Below, in pieces: positions 29,867-40,389 of a stretch of 64,000 bases of DNA. The notes under the pieces were generated by a model. It was not told where the DNA came from and ran no database searches. It was given only the letters and a program-made list of their open reading frames with translations. The stretch lies in sequence record DRR378314_213, one strand, 5' to 3'. Position numbers and translations under genes: made by a program. The stretch's first letter is position 1; every line of letters starts with the position of its first letter.

Positions 29867-30712
29867 TTGGGAACCGACGAGAAATTGCCGGAAATATCCA
29901 ATGAGGTAAAACAGTATGATTATGACCGATGGCTGGGGTGCTTGTTCACGGATACGGACAAGCGGGACCCTGTAATGGCGCTGTTGGCCTTCAATTCTGA
30001 AATTGCCAGGGTTCGTGAGACAGTGTCTGACGCTATGTTAGGGGATATTCGCCTGCAATGGTGGCGCGAAGCCCTACAGGAGATCAAAAATAAAAAGGTG
30101 AGGGCACATCCTGTTGTTCAAGCCTTGGACGAGCTTAATAGCACCAACCCGGTTGATTTTCAATTGATGCAGGAAATGATCGATATGCGAAGCCGGGATC
30201 TGGATCCGGCCCCCATCAACAGCGAAGGGGAGTTAATTGTCTATGCGGATGCAACGGGCGGCGCCCTTCATCATTTGATTTATAATGCCCTTGGCGGCAG
30301 CGGAAAATCTCAAGAGGTAGAGGCAGTGGTGCGAAGTGGACGGGCCTATGCTTTGTCCGGAATTTTGCGGGCAATACCGTTTCATGCTCAAAATGACCTG
30401 ATCCTGCTCCCCCAAAGCGTAATCAAGGCACAAGGTCTTGAAACAGCCACCATATTTAAAAAAGAAAATATGTGGTCCTTTAAAAAGGTGGTCCAGGAAG
30501 TCTGTGATTTGGCCGCGAAAGAGTATAATGAAGCGATAGATTTGTCGCTTGATCTTCCCAAGGCAGTGAAGCCCGCCGTTTTTTGCAATGCGTTGACCAG
30601 TATTTATCTGAAACGACTGGTAAAAGCGGGGTTTGAACCTGCAGACCCAAGCCTTAATCCGGGAAGTCTGCGTAAGATTATGGCGTTATTTTTCTATCGC
30701 CTGTTTGCTTAG
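29867..30712 (+). CDS. Phytoene/squalene synthase-family protein (NDUFAF6-like)
   Basis: ALLAFNSEIARVRE..DIRLQWWRE..HPV; no intact DDxxD. Confidence 0.82.
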   Translation: MGTDEKLPEISNEVKQYDYDRWLGCLFTDTDKRDPVMALLAFNSEIARVRETVSDAMLGDIRLQWWREALQEIKNKKVRAHPVVQALDELNSTNPVDFQLMQEMIDMRSRDLDPAPINSEGELIVYADATGGALHHLIYNALGGSGKSQEVEAVVRSGRAYALSGILRAIPFHAQNDLILLPQSVIKAQGLETATIFKKENMWSFKKVVQEVCDLAAKEYNEAIDLSLDLPKAVKPAVFCNALTSIYLKRLVKAGFEPADPSLNPGSLRKIMALFFYRLFA

Positions 30713-30727
30713 ATCGGGGATTAGCCT

Positions 30728-31708
30728 TTACGTATTGCCAAGGCGCCAGGTTTGACCCTGCATGAAATTTTGGGCAAGAAACCGGTAAGTGTGTTTTAGC
30801 TGCCGTTCAACACCACTATTTTCTTCTGGCTCCAGATCTTTCCAGCCTTCGATCATTTCATCCCAGATCATAAATCTTTGATGCAGTGTGTCGCGGGTTT
30901 TGCGAATGAAATCAATGGTCGGTTCGAAGTTTTTAAGAACGGTCAGGACTTCGCAGGTTTGAGCGTCCGTTTCATCGAACTTCCGATCAAAATCGTCAAT
31001 AACAGGGTTGATCAAGGCATTAATGCGGCTGAGATCATCTATCATACCGCGATCGCGTCGATAGATTGTCTGTAATCTATCCACGTTAATACTGATGCGT
31101 TTGATCTGGGAATAGTGGTCCCTGAGTGCTTCTATATAAGACAGTTCGCGGATAACATCGTCAACTTTGGCGACCACATCGTCCTTGGTAATCCCCAATT
31201 TATTGGCGATTTCCTTAAATGCATCCTGAACTTTCTGTTTGGTCTCAGGATCAGAGGCGATGGCTTCAAGTTCACCGGAGTTGGTAATAATCTCCTCGCT
31301 TCCGGAGAGCCAGGAAACGAGTTGCATGGTAATCCGGCCACGGGCAATATTCCGGTGCTTTTCTTCTATCGACCAAGATGCAGAACCATCCAGAATTTCA
31401 GAGGGAATGGAATCGTTTGGATGAATTTCTTTGACGTATTTCAAAGAATTGCTAACGATTTTCAGGAGCTCACCATCCGGGCTTTCCTTGTCAATTCCAA
31501 ACTCTTCGCAAATGGAGCGCACGGGCACAGCCCCAATCATATCGCCAAGGCGGACAAATAGCGACGGTTCCCGATTGTCATTGGTGAGCTTGAAATGAGC
31601 GCCAGGGACTTCAAAGATTTTGTGTTTGAAAGCAAAGTGAGTACTCGTGCTGAGTTCACCTGCATCCTTGTTTTCGTCCATAATCTTTGTTTTCTCTGCT
31701 TCTGCCAT
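30728..31708 (-). CDS. Hypothetical protein, helical C-terminal half
   Basis: Long open frame filling the gap between two genes; no motif recognised; start uncertain. Confidence 0.75.
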   Translation of the reverse strand: MAEAEKTKIMDENKDAGELSTSTHFAFKHKIFEVPGAHFKLTNDNREPSLFVRLGDMIGAVPVRSICEEFGIDKESPDGELLKIVSNSLKYVKEIHPNDSIPSEILDGSASWSIEEKHRNIARGRITMQLVSWLSGSEEIITNSGELEAIASDPETKQKVQDAFKEIANKLGITKDDVVAKVDDVIRELSYIEALRDHYSQIKRISINVDRLQTIYRRDRGMIDDLSRINALINPVIDDFDRKFDETDAQTCEVLTVLKNFEPTIDFIRKTRDTLHQRFMIWDEMIEGWKDLEPEENSGVERQLKHTYRFLAQNFMQGQTWRLGNT

Positions 31709-31837
31709 TTGGCCCCAACAGTTTAAGCTGTTCACCACAAACGGATGGCCGGATGCGGTCTTTCGTATCTGGTCATCTAAATTTATATTAGATTAGCGCA
31801 GACATAGTAACCAAATAGTTACCAAGACCAGAATTAG

Positions 31838-33187
31838 TTAAGCCGTCTCAGGACTGATGGATTTTTGCCATTCTGCGAAATGTTGGAATGCTCTTTGGGT
31901 ATAAGCCTGCTTACGTTCTTTCTTTTTCACCCGCTGTTCAAGCGGTGGAAAAAGTCCGAAATTCACATTCATCGGTTGAAAAGTGACGCTGTCCGCACCG
32001 CCTGTAATGTGGCTTTTGAGCGCCCCTAATGCTGTCGTCAGGGGCGGCGCTGAAAATTCACTTCCGATGAGTTCACTGGCAAGATAGCGCCCAGCGAGGA
32101 TACCAATGGCTGTGCTTTCGACATAGCCTTCAACCCCGGTGATTTGCCCGGCGAAGCGGATGTTAGGGCGGTTTTTTAAACGCAGCTGCTCATCCAGGAC
32201 AAGCGGACTATTGAGAAAGGTGTTTCTGTGAAGACCACCAAGCCGCGCGAATTCCGCATTTTCAAGACCCGGTATTTTTTTGAAGATCCGGGTTTGCTCT
32301 GCATATTTCAGCTTCGTCTGAAAGCCGACAATATTATACAGCGTGCCAAGCTTATTATCCTGACGCAGTTGGACGATACCATAGGGCTTAACGGTTGGAT
32401 TTCTAGGATTGGTAAGGCCGACCGGCTTCATCGGGCCGTATCGAAGAGTTTCAGGGCCCCGTTCCGCCATCACCTCGATCGGCAGGCACCCATCAAAATA
32501 GGGCGTGTCTTTTTCCCATTCTTTAAATTCGGTTTTGCCGCCTTCGTTCAGATCCTGGATAAATTCCTGATATTGCTCTTCGGTAAGTGGGCAGTTGATA
32601 TAGTCCGTACCGGTTCCTTTGTCGTAGCGGGACTGAAACCAGGCCACATCAAAGTTGATGCTGTCCTTGTAGACAATCGGGGCGATGGCATCAAAGAAAG
32701 ACAGGGCATCCGCACCGGTGGCCTGATGAATTTCAGCGGCGAGTTTCTCTGATGTTAAAGGGCCGGTCGCAATAATACAGTTGCCCCAGTCTTCGGGTGG
32801 CAGACCTGTAACCTCTCCCCGCTCAACAGTCACAAGCGGGTGTGCCTGCAGTTTTTCCTGCACATATCCGGAAAAACCGTGGCGATCGACGGCCAGGGCG
32901 CCCCCTGCGGGGACTTTGTTAATATCCGCGCTCTCCATAATCAAGGAGCCGAGCTCTCGCATTTCTTTGTGCAGCAAGCCAACTGCATTATTATCTGCAT
33001 CATCTGAGCGAAACGAGTTGGAACAGACAAGTTCAGCCAGGCTGTCCGTAATATGGGCATCGGTTCCCCGGTCTGGCCGCATTTCATGCAGGATGACAGG
33101 TATCCCCTGATTGACCAGTTGCCAGGTTGCTTCAGAACCGGCGAGGCCACCGCCGATTACATGAACCGGTGTTTTATGTTCACTCAT
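31838..33187 (-). CDS. trmFO: tRNA m5U54 methyltransferase TrmFO (Gid)
   Basis: [43 protein letters not shown]. Confidence 0.96.
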   Translation of the reverse strand: MSEHKTPVHVIGGGLAGSEATWQLVNQGIPVILHEMRPDRGTDAHITDSLAELVCSNSFRSDDADNNAVGLLHKEMRELGSLIMESADINKVPAGGALAVDRHGFSGYVQEKLQAHPLVTVERGEVTGLPPEDWGNCIIATGPLTSEKLAAEIHQATGADALSFFDAIAPIVYKDSINFDVAWFQSRYDKGTGTDYINCPLTEEQYQEFIQDLNEGGKTEFKEWEKDTPYFDGCLPIEVMAERGPETLRYGPMKPVGLTNPRNPTVKPYGIVQLRQDNKLGTLYNIVGFQTKLKYAEQTRIFKKIPGLENAEFARLGGLHRNTFLNSPLVLDEQLRLKNRPNIRFAGQITGVEGYVESTAIGILAGRYLASELIGSEFSAPPLTTALGALKSHITGGADSVTFQPMNVNFGLFPPLEQRVKKKERKQAYTQRAFQHFAEWQKSISPETA

Positions 33188-33211
33188 TTCGTTGTCTTTC
33201 CTTGGGCTTGA

Positions 33212-36127
33212 TTAAGCCGCACTGGATTTTTTGGCTTTTTTGGATGCCGATTTTGTCGGAGTCTCTTTGTCACCCGCGACAGGAACTTCTGGATATTTGG
33301 CCAGTATATCTTTCAGATATTGTCCGGTGTAGCTGGCGTCAACTTTTGCGACTTCTTCGGGCGTTCCTTCAGCGACCAGATAACCACCGGCGTCGCCGCC
33401 ATCAGGACCCATATCGACGACCCAGTCAGCGGTTTTAATCACTTCCAGATTATGCTCGATCACCAGAACACTGTTCCCGGTGTTTACAAGCGCCTGAAGA
33501 ACCTCCATCAATTTACGCACATCCTCAAAATGCAGGCCGGTGGTGGGTTCATCCAGAATGTATAAGGTTCTACCCGTTGCGCGGCGGGACAGTTCTTTGG
33601 CCAGTTTGACTCGCTGTGCCTCCCCCCCGGAGAGGGTTGTTGCCTGTTGTCCGACATGGATATAGCCAAGGCCGACCTGCTGCAGGGTTTCAAATTTTTC
33701 CCGAATCGACGGGACCGCTTTGAAAAAGACAACAGCTTCATCAACGGTCATGTCCAGCACATCGGAAATGCTTTTATCTTTAAAGGCGATTTCAAGGGTT
33801 TCGCGGTTGTAGCGTTTCCCTTTGCAGACCTCGCATTCTACATAGACGTCAGGCAGGAAGTGCATCTCGATTTTAATCACGCCATCGCCTTTGCAAGCCT
33901 CGCAGCGTCCGCCCTTGACGTTGAAGGAAAAGCGTCCGGATTTATACCCGCGCGCCTTGGCTTCGGGTAGTCCGGCAAACCATTCCCGGATCGGGGTGAA
34001 CGCGCCAGTATAGGTCGCCGGGTTGGAGCGTGGGGTCCGGCCGATCGGGCTTTGATCGATATCAACGATTTTATCCAGCCACTCGATGCCTTCGATGCGG
34101 TCATGAGGACCCGGATGGTTTCGGTTATTATTCAGTTTTCGGGCGATCGCCTTATACAGTGTTTCAATAATCAGAGAGGATTTTCCGCCACCGGAAACCC
34201 CGGTAACGCAAGTGAACGTTCCCAACGGAATATTGACATCAACCCTTTTCAGGTTGTTATGCCGGGCGCCGACGATTTTAATCTGCCGGGCAGATACGGG
34301 TTTACGCCGGGCTGATGGAAGCGGCACCTCCATCTTTCCAGAAAGATACTTGCCGGTAATGCTTTCTTCGACATTACAGATATCTTCAGGTGTGCCTTGA
34401 GCAATCAGGCGTCCGCCATGTCGGCCTGCGCGTGGTCCCATATCAATCACATGATCTGCGGTTTGAATGGCTTCTTCATCATGTTCAACAACCAGAACCG
34501 AGTTTCCCTGATCCCGCAAATTGATCAGAGTTTTCAACAGGCGGGAGTTGTCCCGCTGATGCAGGCCAATGGACGGCTCATCCAGAACATAAAGGACGCC
34601 GGTCAGCCCCGAACCGATTTGAGACGCAAGACGAATCCGCTGGCTTTCTCCACCAGATAAAGTGCCGGACCCCCGAGACAGAGTGAGATATTCCAGGCCC
34701 ACATCGACCAGGAAGCCCAGTCTTTCATTAATTTCCTTCAAAACCCGTTCGGCGATTGACGTGTCTTTTTTCGACAGGACACCGCTTAGTTCAGTAAACC
34801 ACTTCTGGGCATCCAGAATAGATTTTTTTGACACCTCGCCAATATTCAAACCGTCAATCTTAATGGCCAGAGCTTCCTGTTTGAGGCGGTAGCCACTACA
34901 GGTGGAGCAATCAGTCTTGTCCTGGTATTTTTCCAGATCTTCCCGCACAAAGCTGCTGTCTGTTTCCCGCCAGCGTCGCTGAATATTCGGGATGACCCCT
35001 TCAAACGGCTTGTTGGTCTTGTATGTCCGCATACCATCATCAAAGGTAATCTGGATCTTTTCATCACCGGTTCCAAACAGGATTTTGTCCTGATGTTCCT
35101 CCGATAGCTCCTCCCACGGGGTGGTGGCGTCGAAGCCATAATGGCGCCCGAGTGCTTCCAGGGTTTGCATATAGTAGGGCGCGGGGGTCGATGAGCGGGA
35201 CCAGGGCGCGATTGCACCATTGCGCAGGGACAAGGTCACATCCGGAACGATGAGGATGGGATCAAAAAACATTTCTGTTCCCAGACCACCGCAGGATGGA
35301 CAGGCCCCATAGGGGTTGTTGAACGAGAAAATTCGGGGTTCGATTTCTTCAATGGTGAAACCTGAAACCGGGCAGGCAAATTTAGCGGAAAAGATCTTCC
35401 GTTCCTGGGTGTCGGCATCTTCAACGACAAACAGACCATCCGCCAGATCAAGCGCGGTTTCGACACTGTCGGCAAGGCGGGTTTGGATTTCGTCATTCAG
35501 AACGACCCGGTCAACAACCACATCGATATGATGTTTTATTTTCTTATCAAGTTCAGGGATGTCTTCGATGTCATAAATTTCACCATCTACCTTGACCCGC
35601 TGAAACCCTTTTTTACGAAGCTCGACAAATTCTTTCCGGTATTCACCTTTACGGCCCCGCACAATTGGCGCCATGAGATAAAGACGTTTGCCCTCTCCCA
35701 ACGCCATGACCTGATCGACCATCTGACTGACCGTCTGGCTTTCGATGGGAAGGCCGGTTGCAGGCGAGTAGGGGACACCGATCCGCGCGTAAAGAAGGCG
35801 CAGATAATCGTATATTTCCGTTACCGTCCCGACGGTTGATCGCGGGTTTTTGGAGGTCGTTTTCTGTTCGATGGAGATGGCCGGGCTCAAACCATCAATA
35901 TAGTCCACATCGGGTTTTTGCATCATTTCCAGAAATTGGCGTGCATAGGCCGACAGGCTTTCAACATATCGGCGCTGCCCTTCTGCATAAATCGTGTCGA
36001 AGGCCAGCGATGACTTGCCGGATCCCGATAGTCCTGTGATCACCACAAGTTTGTCCCTGGGGATATCGACATTCACATTTTGCAGATTGTGTTCACGGGC
36101 GCCGCGAACGCTGATTTTTGTATGCAT
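33212..36127 (-). CDS. uvrA: Excinuclease ABC subunit A
   Basis: [14 protein letters not shown], two ABC cassettes, zinc fingers, [11 protein letters not shown]. Confidence 0.98.
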   Translation of the reverse strand: MHTKISVRGAREHNLQNVNVDIPRDKLVVITGLSGSGKSSLAFDTIYAEGQRRYVESLSAYARQFLEMMQKPDVDYIDGLSPAISIEQKTTSKNPRSTVGTVTEIYDYLRLLYARIGVPYSPATGLPIESQTVSQMVDQVMALGEGKRLYLMAPIVRGRKGEYRKEFVELRKKGFQRVKVDGEIYDIEDIPELDKKIKHHIDVVVDRVVLNDEIQTRLADSVETALDLADGLFVVEDADTQERKIFSAKFACPVSGFTIEEIEPRIFSFNNPYGACPSCGGLGTEMFFDPILIVPDVTLSLRNGAIAPWSRSSTPAPYYMQTLEALGRHYGFDATTPWEELSEEHQDKILFGTGDEKIQITFDDGMRTYKTNKPFEGVIPNIQRRWRETDSSFVREDLEKYQDKTDCSTCSGYRLKQEALAIKIDGLNIGEVSKKSILDAQKWFTELSGVLSKKDTSIAERVLKEINERLGFLVDVGLEYLTLSRGSGTLSGGESQRIRLASQIGSGLTGVLYVLDEPSIGLHQRDNSRLLKTLINLRDQGNSVLVVEHDEEAIQTADHVIDMGPRAGRHGGRLIAQGTPEDICNVEESITGKYLSGKMEVPLPSARRKPVSARQIKIVGARHNNLKRVDVNIPLGTFTCVTGVSGGGKSSLIIETLYKAIARKLNNNRNHPGPHDRIEGIEWLDKIVDIDQSPIGRTPRSNPATYTGAFTPIREWFAGLPEAKARGYKSGRFSFNVKGGRCEACKGDGVIKIEMHFLPDVYVECEVCKGKRYNRETLEIAFKDKSISDVLDMTVDEAVVFFKAVPSIREKFETLQQVGLGYIHVGQQATTLSGGEAQRVKLAKELSRRATGRTLYILDEPTTGLHFEDVRKLMEVLQALVNTGNSVLVIEHNLEVIKTADWVVDMGPDGGDAGGYLVAEGTPEEVAKVDASYTGQYLKDILAKYPEVPVAGDKETPTKSASKKAKKSSAA

Positions 36128-36212
36128 CTATACTTCCTGGGTCAAAGAGGGCCTTAAGGAAGGGAACTTAGCTAAAGTTCAGTCAAAATTCCAGTCTTTC
36201 ACACATAAAAAT

Positions 36213-36227
36213 GTTGTTCTTTTGTTC
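36213..36227. promoter_or_regulatory. Putative LexA (SOS) box, 1 mismatch
   Basis: GTTG-N7-GTTC versus alphaproteobacterial GTTC-N7-GTTC, in the uvrA/ssb divergent gap. Confidence 0.55.
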
Positions 36228-36325
36228 TTATTACCAATTGGGTGGATTTCTTCTGGTCAGTTGGCTTTTGAGCCGTTAAGCTGAGCGCAAATTTGTGACT
36301 CTATAAGAATCGAAAGCGTTAGGTT

Positions 36326-36850
36326 ATGGCAGGCAGCGTCAATAAAGTTATTTTGGTAGGAAATCTTGGTGCAGATCCGGAAATTCGGCATACACAGGCA
36401 GGTAAACCTGTTTGTAACCTGCGGATTGCCACTTCGGAAAGCTGGCGGGACCGGGATTCCGGGGAACGTCGGGAACGGACGGAATGGCACCGGGTGGTTA
36501 TCTTTAATGAAGGTCTTTGCCGGGTTGCGGAAAATTACCTGCGTAAAGGATCCAAAGTCTATCTGGAGGGACAGTTACAGACCCGCCAGTATGAGCAGGA
36601 TGGCATCACCAAATATTCGACGGAAATTGTCCTGCAAGGCTTTAACTCTAATCTGACCATGCTCGATAGTGCCGGTGGTCAAGGTGGCGGCGGTCAAGGT
36701 GGTGGCTTTGGCGGTGGCACCAGCAGTAATCAGGGTGGCGGCTTTGGGGGTGGTAACCAAGGCGGTAACCAAGGTGGTGGTCATCAGGCCGGTGGCTTCG
36801 GCGGCGCACCTGCTGGCGGCGGTGATTTCGACGACGATATACCGTTCTAA
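36326..36850 (+). CDS. ssb: Single-stranded DNA-binding protein
   Basis: [18 protein letters not shown], Gly-rich linker, DDDIPF tail. Confidence 0.98.
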   Translation: MAGSVNKVILVGNLGADPEIRHTQAGKPVCNLRIATSESWRDRDSGERRERTEWHRVVIFNEGLCRVAENYLRKGSKVYLEGQLQTRQYEQDGITKYSTEIVLQGFNSNLTMLDSAGGQGGGGQGGGFGGGTSSNQGGGFGGGNQGGNQGGGHQAGGFGGAPAGGGDFDDDIPF

Positions 36851-36870
36851 GGATTTTGAAATCAAGACTG

Positions 36871-36899
36871 AAAAAGCCACCCAACCGGGTGGCTTTTTT
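36871..36899. terminator. Bidirectional terminator
   Basis: AAAAAGCCACCC-aacc-GGGTGGCTTTTTT. Confidence 0.85.
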
Positions 36900-36931
36900 G
36901 TGGGGTATGATTTTTTTGAGATTCCCTGGAT

Positions 36932-38125
36932 TTATTCCAAAGCGCTATAGACCCATCCGCGAATGCGTGGGCGATAGCTGGCACGGAGTTTTGGTGCCTG
37001 CATCATGAAAATCGTGATCATATCTTCGGACGGGTCAACCCAGAAATAGGTGCCTGCATATCCGCCCCAGAAATAATCCCCTTTGCTTCCCGGAAAAGGG
37101 CCTTCATCGGATTTGCGAACGGCGAAGCCATACCCAAATCCGTAAACAGGACCCAGCAGATTATAATTTCCGGGTTTGATATCACCCAGTTGATCGGACG
37201 TCATCAATTCGACCGTTTCCGGTTTCAGGATTTGAGTTCCGTTCAGGCTACCCTTATTCAGGATCATTCTGAGAAAGGTGAGATAATCAGGAGCGGTTGA
37301 AACCATACCGCCGCCGCCGGATTGGTATTTGGGTTTCACCAAAGGGTTGATAAGACCCGGATAGTTGGGTTCAACCACCCGATCTTTTTTGGCTGCTTCG
37401 GCATAAAACCGTGTGTCGTTCATTCCAAGTGGGGTCAGAATGTTTTTTTCAATGAAGTCTCCCAGCTTTTCACCGGATGCAACTTCGATTACCCGGCCCA
37501 GAACATCTGTTGAATGACTATATTCCCAAGCAGCTCCGGGTTGATGCTCAAGTGGCAGTTCCGCCAGTTTGTTCGCAAGATCTTCGTTGTTCTGGTTGGG
37601 ATCATAGAGGTTGGCTTTTCGATATTCCGCTCGCGCAGGGGTATCGCCAAAAAAGCCATATACAATTCCCGATGTGTGACGCATGAGGTCCGCAATGGTG
37701 ATCGGCCGGTCTTGCGGCACGCGCTTTGTGTCAACAAGAACCTTTGTATCGGCGAAGGCCGGGATATATTTAGACAGCGGATCGTCCAGTTTCAGTTGAC
37801 CCCGTTCTTTGAGGATCATGGCAGCCGTTGTGGTGATGGGCTTGCTCATGGAATAGATCCGGAAAATATCATCGGTCTTAAGCGGGCCATCGCTGGCCCC
37901 GTTGCCGCGGGTTCCAAATGCTTCGTGATACCCAACTGCGCCGTTGCGGTAGACGGTCAGGGTCGCACCGGTGAGTTTTCCCTCCGCTATGTCTTTTGTA
38001 ATTTCTGTTTTGGCGGTTTCCAGTTTGTTGACGTCTATTCCCGCCTTTTCAGGATCAACCATTTCCATGGCCGCTGCCGGCAAGCATAGGAGGGCGAGGG
38101 TCGCCCCGATCAGGACTGATTTCAT
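36932..38125 (-). CDS. Secreted serine hydrolase (beta-lactamase fold, family VIII esterase-like)
   Basis: Signal peptide MKSVLIG..AAA; SMSK (SxxK), LMRHTSG, WEYS, WGGYAGT. Confidence 0.85.
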   Translation of the reverse strand: MKSVLIGATLALLCLPAAAMEMVDPEKAGIDVNKLETAKTEITKDIAEGKLTGATLTVYRNGAVGYHEAFGTRGNGASDGPLKTDDIFRIYSMSKPITTTAAMILKERGQLKLDDPLSKYIPAFADTKVLVDTKRVPQDRPITIADLMRHTSGIVYGFFGDTPARAEYRKANLYDPNQNNEDLANKLAELPLEHQPGAAWEYSHSTDVLGRVIEVASGEKLGDFIEKNILTPLGMNDTRFYAEAAKKDRVVEPNYPGLINPLVKPKYQSGGGGMVSTAPDYLTFLRMILNKGSLNGTQILKPETVELMTSDQLGDIKPGNYNLLGPVYGFGYGFAVRKSDEGPFPGSKGDYFWGGYAGTYFWVDPSEDMITIFMMQAPKLRASYRPRIRGWVYSALE

Positions 38126-38279
38126 TAGATTTTCTCCCTTTAAGTTTTCTTCTTTCAAGGCGGCAGAATAAAGTAAATTAGGCTTGAGTTGAATAAATAA
38201 TATTAAATCACTCGCCTTGAGCAGGCTCAAGGGGTTGGGTATAAGATGGATGCACCTCTTTCACATGTCAGGACCGATC

Positions 38280-38966
38280 ATGAGCGGCGAGATAGCAGAA
38301 ATTTTCGATCTGATGGCCCGGCGCAGATCTGTCCGGGCCTTTGAAGAGACCGAAATCCCGGAAAATCTGGTGACAGAAATCCTCACAGCTGCATTTCAGG
38401 CGCCCAGCGGAGGCAATATGCAGCCCTGGCAGATTCATGTGCTCAGGGGGCAGGCTAAAACGGATCTGCAGGCGGCTTTGGTCAGCGCCTATGATCGCCG
38501 CCCGTCACCCCGGCGAGATGATTATAATTATTATCCAGCAACGGCTGTCTCCCCCTATACAGAGCGGATTTCAGAGATCGGCTCAGCGCTTTACGGTGCG
38601 CTTCAAATCGGACGCCGGGATGTTGATCAGCGGCGGGATCAGCAAAAACGAAATTACGTGTTCCATGGCGCACCTGTGGGGCTGTTGCTGACCATGGACA
38701 GGCGGCTTGAAAGTGGCTCTTACGTGGATATGGGAATATTCATCTCTCACCTTCTTCTTGCGGCAGAGGCGATGGGCCTGGCAACCTGCGCAGAAGCGGC
38801 CTTTATTTCTTATGCAGATGTAATCCGGGAAGAATTGAAACTTCCGGACACGGAAAAGGTCATTTGTGGGATCGCTTTAGGATATGCAGATAGGGCACAT
38901 CCTGTAAATCAGTTTGCCAGATCGCGAAAACCGTTAAACCAGGCGGTGAAATATCATGGAACCTAA
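38280..38966 (+). CDS. Nitroreductase family protein
   Basis: RRSVRAF, APSGGNMQPW, FHGAP, GLATC, GIALGY. Confidence 0.88.
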   Translation: MSGEIAEIFDLMARRRSVRAFEETEIPENLVTEILTAAFQAPSGGNMQPWQIHVLRGQAKTDLQAALVSAYDRRPSPRRDDYNYYPATAVSPYTERISEIGSALYGALQIGRRDVDQRRDQQKRNYVFHGAPVGLLLTMDRRLESGSYVDMGIFISHLLLAAEAMGLATCAEAAFISYADVIREELKLPDTEKVICGIALGYADRAHPVNQFARSRKPLNQAVKYHGT

Positions 38967-40389
38967 GCTTTCCATTTATGATGCTGTTCTGCAGCACGCA
39001 GCAGAGAGTCCTCAAAAACCAGCACTTCGGATCGGAAGTCAGACAATCACATATCGGGGATTAGTGGATCAGGCTCGGGAATGGTCCCAAAAGCTCTCTC
39101 AGGTTGCGAGCTCCTCCGTTGCGATCTGCAAGCCCAATTCGGTGGATCATCTTGCCGTACTGATTGCCGCCAGTCATCTTGGCCTGAATACCCAAATACT
39201 CAATTCGGATTGGCCAGCGCTTTTGAGGGAAAAAGTGATTGGTCATTTATGTCCGGACGTGATGTTGACAGATGCTGGATTAGCCACCGGAAAAGTCATT
39301 AGCCGGACCTATTCATCCTGGAAAGCTGAAGAAAATCCGTTTTACACGGGCTTTACGTCTGGCTCGACAGGTTTTCCAAAAGGCTATGTTCGAAGTGAGC
39401 GAAGCTGGCTGGGCAGCTTTGCAGCAGATCAAAAAGTATTTGAATTTACCAATGATGATGTGTTCTCGGTTCCGGGGAGCATGTCTCATTCACTCCCCCT
39501 TTATGGTGTGGTTCGCGGATTATATGCTGGCGCAACCGTTTTGATGCAATCCACATTTCGGCCGGATCGGATGGTGGCGCAGTTGGCGGCGGAAAAGGGA
39601 ACAGTGCTGATTGCCACACCGACCCAGATCCGGGCATTGGTTGATTTTGCATTGCGCCAAGGGATACAGCTTGAAACTCTTCAGAAAATCCTGTCTGCAG
39701 GTTCAAAATTTCCCGGATTTTGGCTTGCCGATCTGGTAGCCGTATTTCCTGCTGCAAAAGCGTTTGAGTTTTATGGGACATCGGAATTCTCCTATGTCTC
39801 CTATCAAGAGCTGACCGAAAACACGGATCCCAAAGCGGTCGGAAAAGCGTTTGAAGGTGTTGATATTGTGATCAAGGGGGCAGACGGAGCCCCAATGCCA
39901 CGAGGTGAGGTCGGGACGATATATATCAAAAGTCCATTTGTTTTCATGGGATATGCGGGAGCGGAAGGGCGTATTGATACTCCTGAGTTCGAGGATGGTT
40001 TTTTAACAGTTGGTGATAGGGGATCCCTTAGCGCCAAGGATGACTTGTTGTTGGCGGGCCGTGCCGATCGAATGTTTCAATCCGCTGGACGCAATATCCA
40101 GCCGGAGGAAATTGAGACAGCTTTGCTCAGCATAGCTGGTGTTGACGTTGCCACTGTGATGGGCGAAGCCTGCTCTGTTCGGGAAAACCGGATCGTCAGT
40201 ATAATTGCGGGTAAGGGGGAAATATCAGCATCTGCGTTGGTCGCAGAACTGCGAAACCGGCTGCCTGCTTATGCGATACCCTCTAAATTCTATAAATGTG
40301 TGAATTGGCCCTATACGATATCACAGAAAACTGATTTGGCGGCGTTGGATGCTCTTTTGAAAAGCGGGAAGTTAAAGAGATTACCATGA
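38956..40389 (+). CDS. AMP-binding enzyme (acyl-CoA ligase-like)
   Basis: FTSGSTGFPKG, FYGTSE, TVGDRG, GRAD, NIQPEEIE. Confidence 0.88.
   Translation: MEPKLSIYDAVLQHAAESPQKPALRIGSQTITYRGLVDQAREWSQKLSQVASSSVAICKPNSVDHLAVLIAASHLGLNTQILNSDWPALLREKVIGHLCPDVMLTDAGLATGKVISRTYSSWKAEENPFYTGFTSGSTGFPKGYVRSERSWLGSFAADQKVFEFTNDDVFSVPGSMSHSLPLYGVVRGLYAGATVLMQSTFRPDRMVAQLAAEKGTVLIATPTQIRALVDFALRQGIQLETLQKILSAGSKFPGFWLADLVAVFPAAKAFEFYGTSEFSYVSYQELTENTDPKAVGKAFEGVDIVIKGADGAPMPRGEVGTIYIKSPFVFMGYAGAEGRIDTPEFEDGFLTVGDRGSLSAKDDLLLAGRADRMFQSAGRNIQPEEIETALLSIAGVDVATVMGEACSVRENRIVSIIAGKGEISASALVAELRNRLPAYAIPSKFYKCVNWPYTISQKTDLAALDALLKSGKLKRLP

Noticed and set aside
36670-36825. GGT/GGC-rich repeats
   Set aside because: Encodes the normal Gly-rich SSB linker; not a CRISPR array or VNTR
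36932-38125. Antibiotic-resistance beta-lactamase (also the MBL-fold gene 46621..47592)
   Set aside because: Fold-level similarity only; motifs fit esterase-like and general hydrolase families
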